Program-made: the position numbers and the translations under genes | Shown: piece by piece, positions 38,959 through 48,942 of the stretch | Layout: each line of letters starts with the position of its first letter | Position numbering within the stretch: position 1 is the first letter of the stretch | NCBI RefSeq assembly: GCF_001642725.1 | Contig: NZ_LSUQ01000001.1 | Location: 62,001 to 126,000, forward strand | Direction of reading: 5' to 3' | Source: Ferroacidibacillus organovorans | Lineage (GTDB): Bacteria; Bacillota; Bacilli; Alicyclobacillales; SLC66 | Length of the DNA: 64,000 bases | The notes under the pieces: model-generated | What the model saw: only the letters and a program-made list of their open reading frames with translations | Database searches by the model: none | Told to the model about the DNA's origin: nothing

Positions 38959-40146
38959 ATGGTTAGGAAACCGATGAAACACATCGTCATTCTAGGCGGC
39001 GGTTATGCAGGTCTTCTCTGCGCGCTGGAACTGCGAAAGCACGTTTCTTCTTCCGACGCTGAGATTACGCTTATCAATAAACACTCCTATCATCAATTGA
39101 TCACTCAGCTCCATGAAACGGCAGTTGGGGCGCGCTCGGATCGTTCTCTGCGCCTGTCGCTCTCAAAGCTGCTTGACGGAAAACACGTAGAGATCGTCAA
39201 AGGCACGGTTAGCGCAATCACCCCTGATGGACACGCGGTTGAACTTCAAGATGGAAGAACGATCACGTATGACAAACTGGTCGTCGCACTCGGTAGCGAG
39301 ACAGAATATTTTGGCATTGCAGGGATGAAGGAACACGCATTCACGTTAAAGTCAGTCAATCAGGCGCGCTTGATTCGCGCACACATAGAATCATGTTTTG
39401 CGCGCTATCTCTACGAGCGCGACCCGGCGCTCTTGCGGTTCGTCGTTGGGGGGGCCGGGTTTAGTGGAATTGAACTGGTAGGAGAACTCGCTGACGCTTT
39501 GCCGCAGTTTGCGCGTGAGGCGGGCGTTACAATGGATCAAGTTGAACTCTACAATATCGAAGCGGCGCCAGGGATTCTCCCAGGGTTTGATCAAGATCTT
39601 GTGGATGCCGCACAGCACAGCCTGACGTCGCGCGGTGTGCGATTTATGACGGGCGCCGCCATCGTCCAGGTCGAACCGGGGCGCGTTACGGTCAAAACGG
39701 GGCAGGTGGTTGAGACGCACACGGTGATCTGGACAGGTGGCGTGCGCGGGAATCAACTGGTCGTGGATGCAGGGTTTGAAACTGAACCACGCGGTCGCGC
39801 GAAAGTTAACGCGTATTTGCAATCGGTCAGCCATCCTGATGTGTATATTATTGGAGATGCCTGCTTTGTCATGGGTGAAGAGGGTAGACCACTTCCTCCG
39901 ACTGCGCAATTAGCGTGGCAAATGGGGATTGCGAGTGGAAAAAACATCACAAACGAACTGCGCGGTGTGGCGCTTGAACCGTTTAAACCAAACATTTTGG
40001 GATCCCTCGCGTCACTCGGTCGCAAAGATGCTGTAGGCAAGGTTCTTAAATCATATAAAATGTATGGGAAAATGGCGTATATGGCAAAAGAGGCAAGCCA
40101 AATGCGCTATCTCGCGAAAATTGGCGCGATGTTTCACTCCAACTGA
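38959..40146 (+). CDS. ndh: Type II NADH dehydrogenase-like flavoprotein
   Basis: GGGYAG, VALGSE, GAGFSGIELVGE, WTGGV, IGD, PPTAQLA.Q. Confidence 0.85.
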   Translation: MVRKPMKHIVILGGGYAGLLCALELRKHVSSSDAEITLINKHSYHQLITQLHETAVGARSDRSLRLSLSKLLDGKHVEIVKGTVSAITPDGHAVELQDGRTITYDKLVVALGSETEYFGIAGMKEHAFTLKSVNQARLIRAHIESCFARYLYERDPALLRFVVGGAGFSGIELVGELADALPQFAREAGVTMDQVELYNIEAAPGILPGFDQDLVDAAQHSLTSRGVRFMTGAAIVQVEPGRVTVKTGQVVETHTVIWTGGVRGNQLVVDAGFETEPRGRAKVNAYLQSVSHPDVYIIGDACFVMGEEGRPLPPTAQLAWQMGIASGKNITNELRGVALEPFKPNILGSLASLGRKDAVGKVLKSYKMYGKMAYMAKEASQMRYLAKIGAMFHSN

Positions 40147-40306
40147 GGTTCGATGAATCACTGCATACGTTTGCGCCAACGTCGTGCAGTGATTCGTCTA
40201 CTTGCGAAATGATTCGGAAAACGGTACACTGAGTTCGTCAGATTTGTCAGGCAACAAGACCGATAGTGCACAGCATGCGACATGTCTCTCGAAGGGATGG
40301 GTGTCG

Positions 40307-40537
40307 GTGTTTCAATGTCCGGTTTGTGGTGAACTGATGGAAGCTTTGACGAATTTTCATTGTGTCAGTCGACACCGCATGACACGTCGCGACGTCGTTG
40401 ATGGCCATGGAATGCCAAAGTACGTCTCCCCCGCGATGAAACGTGAGATCCAACAGTGGATACGATCGTCTCAATTGATTTCAAAAATTGACTTTGATGT
40501 AGCGCAAGCGGCTGCGCGGAGCCAGGTTCGAAAATGA
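40307..40537 (+). CDS. Small Cys2His2 zinc-finger-like protein
   Basis: CPVC-x10-H-x4-H; purine-rich SD upstream of GTG 40301/40307. Confidence 0.65.
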   Translation: MFQCPVCGELMEALTNFHCVSRHRMTRRDVVDGHGMPKYVSPAMKREIQQWIRSSQLISKIDFDVAQAAARSQVRK

Positions 40538-40607
40538 ACCCTAGGCGGTTTGGCAATTCGCGAGTCACTTACGCATGAAAAAATGGGAATGCAGCATGGA
40601 ACTTCGA

Positions 40608-40655
40608 CATGCGGCTGGTGAGCTCGAGTATTTTCGCGCGCTCACCAGCCGCATG
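40608..40655. repeat. 16-bp perfect inverted repeat (hairpin)
   Basis: CATGCGGCTGGTGAGC ... GCTCACCAGCCGCATG. Confidence 0.8.
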
Positions 40656-40732
40656 CCGCGCTTTGGCTTACGCATACTACATAATCATGTGAAGCATTTT
40701 GTGATTTGGGATGATGGATAGGAGGATTTTCT

Positions 40733-42031
40733 TTGAATGCGACGTTTCAATCAAGCTCGCACGGACGACTGCATGTACACACCTTGCAGACAAAAAAATA
40801 TAAAACAGCCACTCTCTGGCTTGTTCTTGAGCGGCCACTCTCGGCTGACGATGTGACTGAAGTCGCGCTTTTACCGCGTATTTTACTGCGTGGAACGGAG
40901 CGATACAAAACACCAGAGGCACTGATGCAAGCGTTTGACGCGCTGTATGGCGCAGGTATCTCCGGGGTTGCCGGGAAGCATGGGGATCTGCAGACGGTTG
41001 AGTTTCACGTACAATTTGCGGACGAAACGTATCTCCCCGGTCATCCGCGTGTTCTCGATGAGGTCGTTCAGTTGCTTGCGGACGTGTTCCTTCGACCAGC
41101 GGCAGAAAGCGAGCGCTTCAATGAAACAGGGGTTGAAGTAGAAAAAGATTTGCACAGGCAACGAATTGAAAATTTAGTCAACGATAAAGCGGCTTATGCG
41201 GGTGATCGCACACTCGCACTGATGTGTAAAGAGGAACCCTTTGGTGTGCCGCGCATGGGCTATGCAGATCGTGTAGGGAGTATTACGCCAGCGGGGCTCT
41301 ATAAGAAGTATAGAGAAATTCTGCGCGATGCAACGGTTCACCTTTACGCGGTAGGAAATTTTACAAAAGAGCATTTTGATTCGGTCGCGCTTCGCGCATT
41401 CGCGTCGCTAACAGAAATGCGTTCTGCAGCTGTTGAAACGGATGTGTTCATGTCATCCTCCAATCCCGCACCCAAAGCAGCAGTGACGATTGTGGAGCAA
41501 ATGGATGTGCAGCAAGGTGTGCTGTGTGTTGGACTTCGCTCTTCTGTCTTTTATAAAGACGACATGTACCCGGCGCTGCTTGTTTATAACGGCATTCTCG
41601 GCGGATTTCCGCACTCCAAGCTATTCGTCAATGTTCGCGAAAAGGCAAGTTTGGCCTATTACGCGTCAAGCCGCATGTTTGGGCTTAAGGGTGTCCTCCT
41701 AATTCAATCAGGGATTCAGATTGATCACTACGAGCAGGCCAAAGCGATCATTCTGGAACAAATTCGCGCGATGGAAACGGAGATTACAGAAGAAGAGCGA
41801 TCCTTTACGATTCAAGGCTTAATCAATCAATATCTGCTCTCTGATGACCAACCATTGACGGATGCCATGATGGACGTCTACGCTCGCATGGGCGGTAAGA
41901 AACGATCCGTGGATGCGTTGATCGAAGCTGTGCAAGCGGTGACGATTCAAGATGTGCAAGCGGTTGCGCGTACGATCTGGGTTGATACAATCTACTTTTT
42001 GCGCGATGAGGAGGGAAAACGTCATGCATAA
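40733..42031 (+). CDS. ymfF: M16 peptidase-like non-catalytic subunit
   Basis: KYKT, LYGA, NGILGGFPHSKLFVNVREKASLAYY; no HxxEH. Confidence 0.88.
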   Translation: MNATFQSSSHGRLHVHTLQTKKYKTATLWLVLERPLSADDVTEVALLPRILLRGTERYKTPEALMQAFDALYGAGISGVAGKHGDLQTVEFHVQFADETYLPGHPRVLDEVVQLLADVFLRPAAESERFNETGVEVEKDLHRQRIENLVNDKAAYAGDRTLALMCKEEPFGVPRMGYADRVGSITPAGLYKKYREILRDATVHLYAVGNFTKEHFDSVALRAFASLTEMRSAAVETDVFMSSSNPAPKAAVTIVEQMDVQQGVLCVGLRSSVFYKDDMYPALLVYNGILGGFPHSKLFVNVREKASLAYYASSRMFGLKGVLLIQSGIQIDHYEQAKAIILEQIRAMETEITEEERSFTIQGLINQYLLSDDQPLTDAMMDVYARMGGKKRSVDALIEAVQAVTIQDVQAVARTIWVDTIYFLRDEEGKRHA

Positions 42032-43349
42032 AACAGAGTATAAAACGTTGCAAGAAGCGGTCTACCATCAGACGCTTGATAACGGCCTGACCGTTTACAT
42101 CGTGCACAAGCCAGATTTCCGACAGACGTATGCGTCATTTACGACGCAATACGGAAGCGTCGATCGCGAGTTCGTGGTCGCGTCTCGCGGCGAACGTGTC
42201 GTTGTTCCGGACGGCATCGCACATTTTCTTGAACACAAAATGTTTGAGGAAGAGCACGGTGACGTATTCCAGGATTTTGCGCGCTATGGCGCGCAGGCGA
42301 ACGCATTTACAACCTATGATACGACGACCTACCTTTTTTCGTCGACCGCGAACGTGCGTGAAAATCTCATGACGCTGCTCGACTTTGTTCAGCGACCGTA
42401 TTTTACGGATGAGAACGTTGAAAAGGAAAAGGGGATCATTGGTCAGGAGATCGCCATGTATGATGAAATGCCAAACTGGCGATGTCACTCCAATTTTCTT
42501 CGCGGACTCTACGGCGACCATCCCATGGGCATCGATATTGCGGGCACCCTTTCGTCGATCCAAAAAATTCGTAAAGAAGATTTATACGACTGTTATGAAA
42601 CGTTTTATCACCCGAGCAACATGGTGCTGTTTGTCGTTGGACCAGAAATTCCTGAACGCGTGATATCGTGGGTGGCTGAAAACCAGGCGAAAAAAAACTA
42701 CACGTTGCAAAAACCCGTTCAGCGATTTCTTCCGTCCGTTCCCGCGCAGCCGCGTGAACAGCGCGTTGAATCAGAGTTGACCATGGCGCAGCCGCGCGTT
42801 TTGTTCGGATTTAAAGAGACGTGGCAATCGCCTGACGCAAAGGAGAGACAGCTTCGGGAAACCGCGATGGAAGTGTGGATGGAATCGCTTTTGGGCCGCG
42901 GATCGCCGCTCTATCACGCGCTTATGGATGAAGGGCTGACAGATGCGGGATTCGGTTCGGACTATGAGTTGACACCTTGGTATGGTCACTCGCAAATGGG
43001 GGGGAACTCCAATCGCCCTGATGAACTGGTTGAGCGGGTTCTCTCAGCGCTGAATCAATACGGGAAAGAGGGACTGGCACAAGAAGATTTTGAACGTGTC
43101 CGCAAAAAGGCGATGGGACGCTTCTTTTCACTGCTTGATTCTCCGCAAGGCATCGCGTATGTATACACAGCCCAAAAACTGCGCGGAATCGATGTTTTTA
43201 CGGCGCTCGATGTACTTGAGCGCATGACGATCGACCATGTGATGAACGCATTGCGCTCGCACGTGAACGAAGAGCAACTGACGGTTTCTCTTGTGCGACC
43301 TAAACAGCCGCGCGAACTTGTTGCAGGAAAGGGCGGTACCCTTCAGTGA
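42024..43349 (+). CDS. ymfH: M16 zinc peptidase
   Basis: PDGIAHFLEHKMF, NAFT, EKEKGIIGQEI.MY, FYHPSNM. Confidence 0.9.
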   Translation: MHKTEYKTLQEAVYHQTLDNGLTVYIVHKPDFRQTYASFTTQYGSVDREFVVASRGERVVVPDGIAHFLEHKMFEEEHGDVFQDFARYGAQANAFTTYDTTTYLFSSTANVRENLMTLLDFVQRPYFTDENVEKEKGIIGQEIAMYDEMPNWRCHSNFLRGLYGDHPMGIDIAGTLSSIQKIRKEDLYDCYETFYHPSNMVLFVVGPEIPERVISWVAENQAKKNYTLQKPVQRFLPSVPAQPREQRVESELTMAQPRVLFGFKETWQSPDAKERQLRETAMEVWMESLLGRGSPLYHALMDEGLTDAGFGSDYELTPWYGHSQMGGNSNRPDELVERVLSALNQYGKEGLAQEDFERVRKKAMGRFFSLLDSPQGIAYVYTAQKLRGIDVFTALDVLERMTIDHVMNALRSHVNEEQLTVSLVRPKQPRELVAGKGGTLQ

Positions 43350-44365
43350 TTACGTGCAAGATCTTGCCTCAGGACAGCGGTAAAAAGTTGCATCGGTATT
43401 TGCGTCAAACGCTGCCTGGCATGCCACTGAGTGGTGTGTATAAAATGATTCGCGTTGGTCGGGTCAAAGTAAACGGAGTCAAGGGAAAAATGGAGACCGT
43501 TTTACAACCGGGCGACGTGTTGACTTTGTATATCCGTGAGGAAGAGTACGAATCCCTCACACGGCCGGTTCGCAAGTTCGGCGGTGTCAGTACGGACATT
43601 GCAGTTGTACACGAGGATGAGCACATCTTGATCCTCAATAAACCTGTGGGGCTGTTGACACACCCTGACGCGCAAGAGCACAAAGATACGCTAATCAATC
43701 GGGCGCTTGCATACTTGCACGGGCACGGTGAAATCGAGCATGGTCGCTCGTTTTTGCCAGCGACTGTCAATCGACTCGACCGCAATACGTCTGGGCTTGT
43801 CCTGATCGGCAAAGATGCGCAAACATTGCGCGACCTTGCAGAGCAGATCAGACGACACAAGATAAAAAAGCACTACTTGGCCGTGGTGTGGGGAAAATTA
43901 GAGGGAGGGGGTGAGATCGATTTGTCCCTCGTGCGCGATACGGCGAATCAAGTGACCCGGCCGCTCACCAGATCACTGGATCAGGCGCTTGGGAAAGTCG
44001 CACTTACCCGGTATCGTCCCTTGGCGAGTGCGGCTGGATTCACGTTGATCGAGGTGGAACTGATCAGCGGCAGAACGCATCAAATCCGGGCTCATTTGCA
44101 AAGCATTCGCCACCCGCTGCTCGGCGACATCAAATATGGCGGAAAACCTGCATTTGATGTCAATCACCACCTGCTTCACGCGTATGGATTGGTGCTTCCC
44201 GATGGTCAAACGTATGTAGCGCCGCCGTCCCCTATTTTTTCAGATATTCTCCAAAAAACAGGGTTAACGCGGGGACTCGCAGAGACGAGTCTCCCGCTCG
44301 CAGGTACCTCTCGCGGAGCTACGCAAGCTGAGCCAACGCGCGAATCGCGACACTCGCGAGGATAA
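43346..44365 (+). CDS. RluA-family pseudouridine synthase with S4 domain
   Basis: NKPVG, NRLDRNTSG, GRTHQIR.H, GD.KYG. Confidence 0.92.
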   Translation: MITCKILPQDSGKKLHRYLRQTLPGMPLSGVYKMIRVGRVKVNGVKGKMETVLQPGDVLTLYIREEEYESLTRPVRKFGGVSTDIAVVHEDEHILILNKPVGLLTHPDAQEHKDTLINRALAYLHGHGEIEHGRSFLPATVNRLDRNTSGLVLIGKDAQTLRDLAEQIRRHKIKKHYLAVVWGKLEGGGEIDLSLVRDTANQVTRPLTRSLDQALGKVALTRYRPLASAAGFTLIEVELISGRTHQIRAHLQSIRHPLLGDIKYGGKPAFDVNHHLLHAYGLVLPDGQTYVAPPSPIFSDILQKTGLTRGLAETSLPLAGTSRGATQAEPTRESRHSRG

Positions 44366-45068
44366 GCCCTGCGATGGGCGGTACATAGGCGATGCTCGCA
44401 GGTGGATTTGACGCTTTGCGCGTAGCGTCTGCGGGCAGTGCATCAGGTACGATGGCGCGCCGTACGTCTTCACGCGGTAGTCGCGGCGGCTCGGTTGAGC
44501 AGACGACTGGAACGTTGCGGCTGATCCCTCGCTTGCGCAATTCTCGGCGCATGACGCGAGCGATCGGATCGGTCTGTGTCTCGAACAAATCCATCACCGT
44601 AAAGCGCGTCGGATCAATCTTATTGGCGGCGCCCATGCTCGTGACGAGAGGGATGTCACGCTCTTTGCAGCGACACACCAAATCGATCTTTGCACTTACC
44701 GTATCCATGGCGTCGATGACGTAATCGTACCCTGTTGAAAAGAAGCGCTCGGCAGTTTCTGGCAAGAAAAACATGTGCATGGTGTGAACCTGGCACGCAG
44801 GGTTGATGTCGAGGATGCGTTCGCGCATCACCTCGACTTTTTCTCGTCCAATCGTAGATGTGAGCGCCGGAATCTGCCGATTGATGTTGGTGATGTCAAC
44901 TGTGTCGCGATCGACCAATGTGATCGTGCCGACACCGCTTCGCGCTAAAGCCTCTACGGCGTAGGAGCCGACGCCGCCGACGCCGAGCACAGCGACGTGA
45001 GCATTCTTTAGACGCTCAAGTCCTTCTGGACCAACCACGAGCTCAGTTCGAGAAAAACGATGAATCAT
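44319..45068 (-). CDS. tcdA: tRNA threonylcarbamoyladenosine dehydratase (ThiF family)
   Basis: FSRTEL..G, GVGGVGS, TNINRQ, SMGAANK.DP, DP.AR.MR. Confidence 0.9.
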   Translation of the reverse strand: MIHRFSRTELVVGPEGLERLKNAHVAVLGVGGVGSYAVEALARSGVGTITLVDRDTVDITNINRQIPALTSTIGREKVEVMRERILDINPACQVHTMHMFFLPETAERFFSTGYDYVIDAMDTVSAKIDLVCRCKERDIPLVTSMGAANKIDPTRFTVMDLFETQTDPIARVMRRELRKRGISRNVPVVCSTEPPRLPREDVRRAIVPDALPADATRKASNPPASIAYVPPIAGLILASVAIRALAQLA

Positions 45069-45172
45069 TTGGGTCGACCTCCGAGCGAGTGAGGGTGGGA
45101 TGCATCTTGCGCGTATCCTTCCCATTTTGTTAAGCTACGAACTAGTGTAAAGCACGAAGGGGAGGAATTCCA

Positions 45173-45943
45173 ATGGATCTGTTTTCGGTGCGCAATCGTC
45201 GTGTGCTCGTGACAGGCGCGACGCGCGGGATCGGTTTTGCATTGGCTGACGGATTCGCGGCGGCGGGCGCTGAAGTGATGCTGACCGCGCGCGGGGAGGC
45301 AGGTTTGGAGGATGCGCTGCAAACGCTTCGCGAGCGCTACCCGGAAGCGATTCTTCACCGGATGACGATGGATGTTTCGGACACAAATGAGGTTCGTCGC
45401 GCTATGCTTGAAGCGGTAGCGATCATGGGCGGAATTGATACGCTGATTAACAACGCGGGACAAAACATTCGCAAGAAGGCGATGGATGTCTTGGAGCAAG
45501 ACTGGGATGCGGTTGTTGACACCAATTTGCGCGGAGCATTTTTCGTTGCTCAAGCGGCGGGGCGTGTCATGATAGAGCAAGGTGGCGGCAGTATTGTAAA
45601 CATCGCTTCTGTCGGCGGGCAGGTGGCACTGCGCACGGGTGTCGCTTATGCGGCTGCAAAGGCTGGGCTGCTTCACATGACGCGCGTCTTGGCAGTGGAG
45701 TGGGCGACGCGCAATGTACGTGTTAACGCGATTGGCCCCTGGTACTTTCGCACGCCCCTGACTGAAAAGTTGCTTGATGATCGAGATTATCTCGCGGAGA
45801 TTCTCGCGTGCACGCCAATGAAGCGCGTGGGAGATGTGCGTGAATTGGTTGGCCCGGCACTCTTTTTGGCATCCGATGCCGCAAGTTATGTGACAGGTCA
45901 GACACTCATGGTGGACGGCGGTATGAGCGTTTATGGGTTCTAG
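45173..45943 (+). CDS. SDR family oxidoreductase
   Basis: TGATRGIG, NNAG, YAAAK, VNAIGP, VDGG. Confidence 0.93.
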   Translation: MDLFSVRNRRVLVTGATRGIGFALADGFAAAGAEVMLTARGEAGLEDALQTLRERYPEAILHRMTMDVSDTNEVRRAMLEAVAIMGGIDTLINNAGQNIRKKAMDVLEQDWDAVVDTNLRGAFFVAQAAGRVMIEQGGGSIVNIASVGGQVALRTGVAYAAAKAGLLHMTRVLAVEWATRNVRVNAIGPWYFRTPLTEKLLDDRDYLAEILACTPMKRVGDVRELVGPALFLASDAASYVTGQTLMVDGGMSVYGF

Positions 45944-45946
45944 TCG

Positions 45947-46261
45947 ATGAAACAAGTTATGCTGCGCGTGGTCATTCTCTATGTTGCTGTTCTCGTTTTG
46001 CTTCTCATCATTACGTGGCTCACGGCGCCACATACGTTTCAGTCTTTTGTCAATCGCGGGGCGTTGGTCGGCATCGGCGGTATTTTTGTTCTCCTTTTCA
46101 TGAATCGATCGGGGTTATCGGTCGATGATGCGATGTCGACCTCAAGCTATGATGATCTTACGCGCGCGTCGCGCCGAAAGTGGCTCTACGCATCCGTGAT
46201 TGTCGCAATCCTCTTGTTGCTGACATCGGTGGTTTCACAGTACATGATCTGGCGATCATAA
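45947..46261 (+). CDS. Hypothetical membrane protein (3 TM)
   Basis: Three hydrophobic segments; fills the gap in a co-oriented run of genes. Confidence 0.6.
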   Translation: MKQVMLRVVILYVAVLVLLLIITWLTAPHTFQSFVNRGALVGIGGIFVLLFMNRSGLSVDDAMSTSSYDDLTRASRRKWLYASVIVAILLLLTSVVSQYMIWRS

Positions 46262-46278
46262 GAGAGGTCTCATTAACG

Positions 46279-47628
46279 TTGGATGTTCGATCATGGATAG
46301 CCTTTGTGGTTGCAAGTGTGACAGCTTTTGTGCTGCGCGTCACCAAGAGGGCTGGGACGAGCTTGCCTGGATATCTCGCGACGCGTATCTCGCCCAATCT
46401 GCTTTTTTACGTACTCGCAAAGCTCGACCGCTGTGTCATCGTTACCGGAACAAACGGCAAGACCACGACAAACGCACTCTTAAAATCACTCGTAGCACAA
46501 GATGAGGCGTGGATTTCTAACGCGATGGGCGCCAATCTCTTGCAAGGTATCCTGTCTGCACTCTTGCCAGAATTGACTTGGCGCGGTCAACTGCGGGTAA
46601 AGCGCGCCATCCTTGAAGTGGATGAGGCGACACTCCCACGTCTCACGCAGCGCTTTCAACCCGATATGATCATCGTGACCAATGTGATGCGTGATCAGCT
46701 CGATCGCTACGGCGAAGTGGATGCGACCCTTGGCTATCTCTATGAGAGCACGCGGGATGAGACGGTTTTGCTTGTGTTAAACGCGGATGATCCGCTTGCT
46801 GCAAGCCTTGGAAAGGGTCGTTTGAACACGTTTTATTTTGGATTATCGGATTGGCCTGAGGATGATCTTTTGCGCCAGGAAGTGCGGGATGGGGCGTTTT
46901 GTCTTCAGTGCGGTGGGGAACTTTTGTATACGCGAACGGTATTTGGCCAAATGGGTCACTATCACTGCCCAATCTGCTTAGCGCAACGCCCTTTTCCGCA
47001 GTTTTCCATGCGCGTCAGGGAGAGACAAGAGGAAGTGGAGATTCATGAGGAGATTCGTTTGCAAAGCCCGATCGCGTATCGCGTGACATCGCCACTCCTT
47101 GGCATTTATAACGCCTACAATTTGCTCGCGGCTTGCAGTGCTGCCCGGCTGCTCGGAGTCAATCCAGCGCGTTTTGAAGCGGGACTGGCGCAATTCACAG
47201 CTCCGATCGGGCGGATGCAGACATTTCCCGGAAATCCACCGCGCATTCTCGCACTGATCAAAAATCCAACGGGCGCAACGATGGTGTTGCGCTCACTTGA
47301 AGGTACGTTAAACGGCGATCCGCTCTGTTTTGTCATCAACGACGCGGATGCGGATGGTCGTGATGTCTCGTGGTTGTGGGATATCGATATGGAGTCTTTT
47401 GTGTTGCGCTCGCCTCACGTCAGCGGATGGTATTGTGCAGGCACACGCGGCGCGGATATGGCGCTCCGGCTTAAATATGCAGGAATTAACCCTGCACAGA
47501 TCCAACTCCTTGAGAACGCGGCAGACACTTTGAAGGTAAACGCCGAGGAAGGTGGTTCCGTGTACATTTTGTGCACGTACACAGCACTCCATCCGCTTGC
47601 GAATCGACTGGAGGCAATGCATACGTGA
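46279..47628 (+). CDS. murT: Lipid II isoglutaminyl synthase subunit MurT
   Basis: GTSLPG, TGTNGKTTT, EVDEA, RDQLDRYGE, CxxC..CxxC, L.KNP.G, DGRDVSWLWD, YTA. Confidence 0.9.
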   Translation: MDVRSWIAFVVASVTAFVLRVTKRAGTSLPGYLATRISPNLLFYVLAKLDRCVIVTGTNGKTTTNALLKSLVAQDEAWISNAMGANLLQGILSALLPELTWRGQLRVKRAILEVDEATLPRLTQRFQPDMIIVTNVMRDQLDRYGEVDATLGYLYESTRDETVLLVLNADDPLAASLGKGRLNTFYFGLSDWPEDDLLRQEVRDGAFCLQCGGELLYTRTVFGQMGHYHCPICLAQRPFPQFSMRVRERQEEVEIHEEIRLQSPIAYRVTSPLLGIYNAYNLLAACSAARLLGVNPARFEAGLAQFTAPIGRMQTFPGNPPRILALIKNPTGATMVLRSLEGTLNGDPLCFVINDADADGRDVSWLWDIDMESFVLRSPHVSGWYCAGTRGADMALRLKYAGINPAQIQLLENAADTLKVNAEEGGSVYILCTYTALHPLANRLEAMHT

Positions 47629-48392
47629 GGACGCAAACGATTCGCATTGCGCATTTGTTTCCAGAGTTGCTAAACCTCTATGCAGATCAAGGAAATCTCG
47701 CTGTACTCACTGCGCGCGCACGCGCGCGTGGCATCGAGGTTAAGGTGGTGCCAATCAAGCTGCGTGAGCCCATTGACTATCGCCAGGTCGATCTCATCAT
47801 GCTTGGCGGTGGGTCTGATCGTGAACAGCGTGTGGTCAGCGAGGCGCTCGCGAGCTATGCGCCAGATCTGCGTCACGCAATCGAGGATGGATTCCCGTTT
47901 CTCGCGGTATGCGGTGGCTATCAGTTGCTCGGTCACTCGTATGAACTCACGAGTGGTGAGCTCCTGCCTGGGCTCCAGGCGCTTGACCTTGTCACGAAGG
48001 CGGGAACTTCGCGTTTGATTGGAAATATCGCGATTGAATTACCCGCAACGCTTAAGCTTGCGCGCTCGACGGTAGTCGGTTTCGAGAATCACATTGGGCG
48101 CACCGAACATGCACATCAGGCGCTCGGGAGGGTGCTCGCAGGCCACGGAAACAATGGCGTCGATCATGCGGAGGGGATTTTTTTGAAGCGCGTCATCGGG
48201 ACGTACATTCACGGACCCCTGTTGCCCAAAAATCCTCATCTCGCAGACCTTTTGCTAAGCTATGCGCTCGCTTACCGCGGTGATGAAAGGACACTGGAAC
48301 CGCTCGATGATACAATGGAGTGGCTGGCGCACGATCAGATGCTCGCGCGTTTAAACGTCGCGCGCAAAGAACGTCTGGAAGAAGGAGAATGA
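47625..48392 (+). CDS. gatD: Glutamine amidotransferase subunit GatD
   Basis: LNLY.D.GN, GGGSDREQ, VCGGYQLLG, GFENH.G, YIHGPLLPKNP. Confidence 0.9.
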   Translation: MRTQTIRIAHLFPELLNLYADQGNLAVLTARARARGIEVKVVPIKLREPIDYRQVDLIMLGGGSDREQRVVSEALASYAPDLRHAIEDGFPFLAVCGGYQLLGHSYELTSGELLPGLQALDLVTKAGTSRLIGNIAIELPATLKLARSTVVGFENHIGRTEHAHQALGRVLAGHGNNGVDHAEGIFLKRVIGTYIHGPLLPKNPHLADLLLSYALAYRGDERTLEPLDDTMEWLAHDQMLARLNVARKERLEEGE

Positions 48393-48886
48393 ACATGCAT
48401 CACGCCGTAGAAGCTCCATCTATAGCGCGCGAATTCTATCCATTTCTCGCAGAACAATTGTCCTATCTCATCGGCGATGAAACCGACCGAATTGCGGCGC
48501 TCGCAAACGCGTCCGCGCTGTTTCGTGAATATCTTAAAGCGATAAACTGGGTAGGTTTTTATCTCGTGCGTGGCGAAGAACTCGTTTTAGGCCCTTTTCA
48601 GGGTAAACCTGCGTGCGTTCGAATCGGGTGGGGAAAAGGGGTCTGCGGTACGGCTGCCAAAGAAGATCGCGCACTGGTTGTGCCAGATGTTCAAACATTT
48701 CCCGGGCATATCGCGTGCGACAGCGACTCGCGGTCGGAATTGGTGATTCCGCTTCACGTCGATCGTCAGGTCATCGCCGTCCTTGACATAGACAGCCCGA
48801 CGGTCGCGCGTTTTACGGAAGAGGATGCCGGAGGTCTCTTGCTTTCCGTAAAGGTTTTGGAGCGCGTATTGAGTCGCGCTCTGTAG
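48389..48886 (+). CDS. msrC: GAF-domain free methionine-R-sulfoxide reductase
   Basis: NWVGFY, LGPFQG.PAC..I..GKGVCG, FPGHIACD..S.SE. Confidence 0.88.
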   Translation: MNMHHAVEAPSIAREFYPFLAEQLSYLIGDETDRIAALANASALFREYLKAINWVGFYLVRGEELVLGPFQGKPACVRIGWGKGVCGTAAKEDRALVVPDVQTFPGHIACDSDSRSELVIPLHVDRQVIAVLDIDSPTVARFTEEDAGGLLLSVKVLERVLSRAL

Positions 48887-48942
48887 GGATTGTGTGCAAT
48901 GTCTCGTAACGGACTGCGAATGAAAATACGTTGCGTCTCTTG

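Noticed and set aside
44319..44365. Convergent 3' overlap of the RluA gene and tcdA (similar at mtnB/helD, 5751-5776)
   Set aside because: Short tail-to-tail overlaps are common; no evidence of function.
45065..46033. 322-aa antisense ORF opposite the SDR
   Set aside because: Typical shadow frame of SDR genes.
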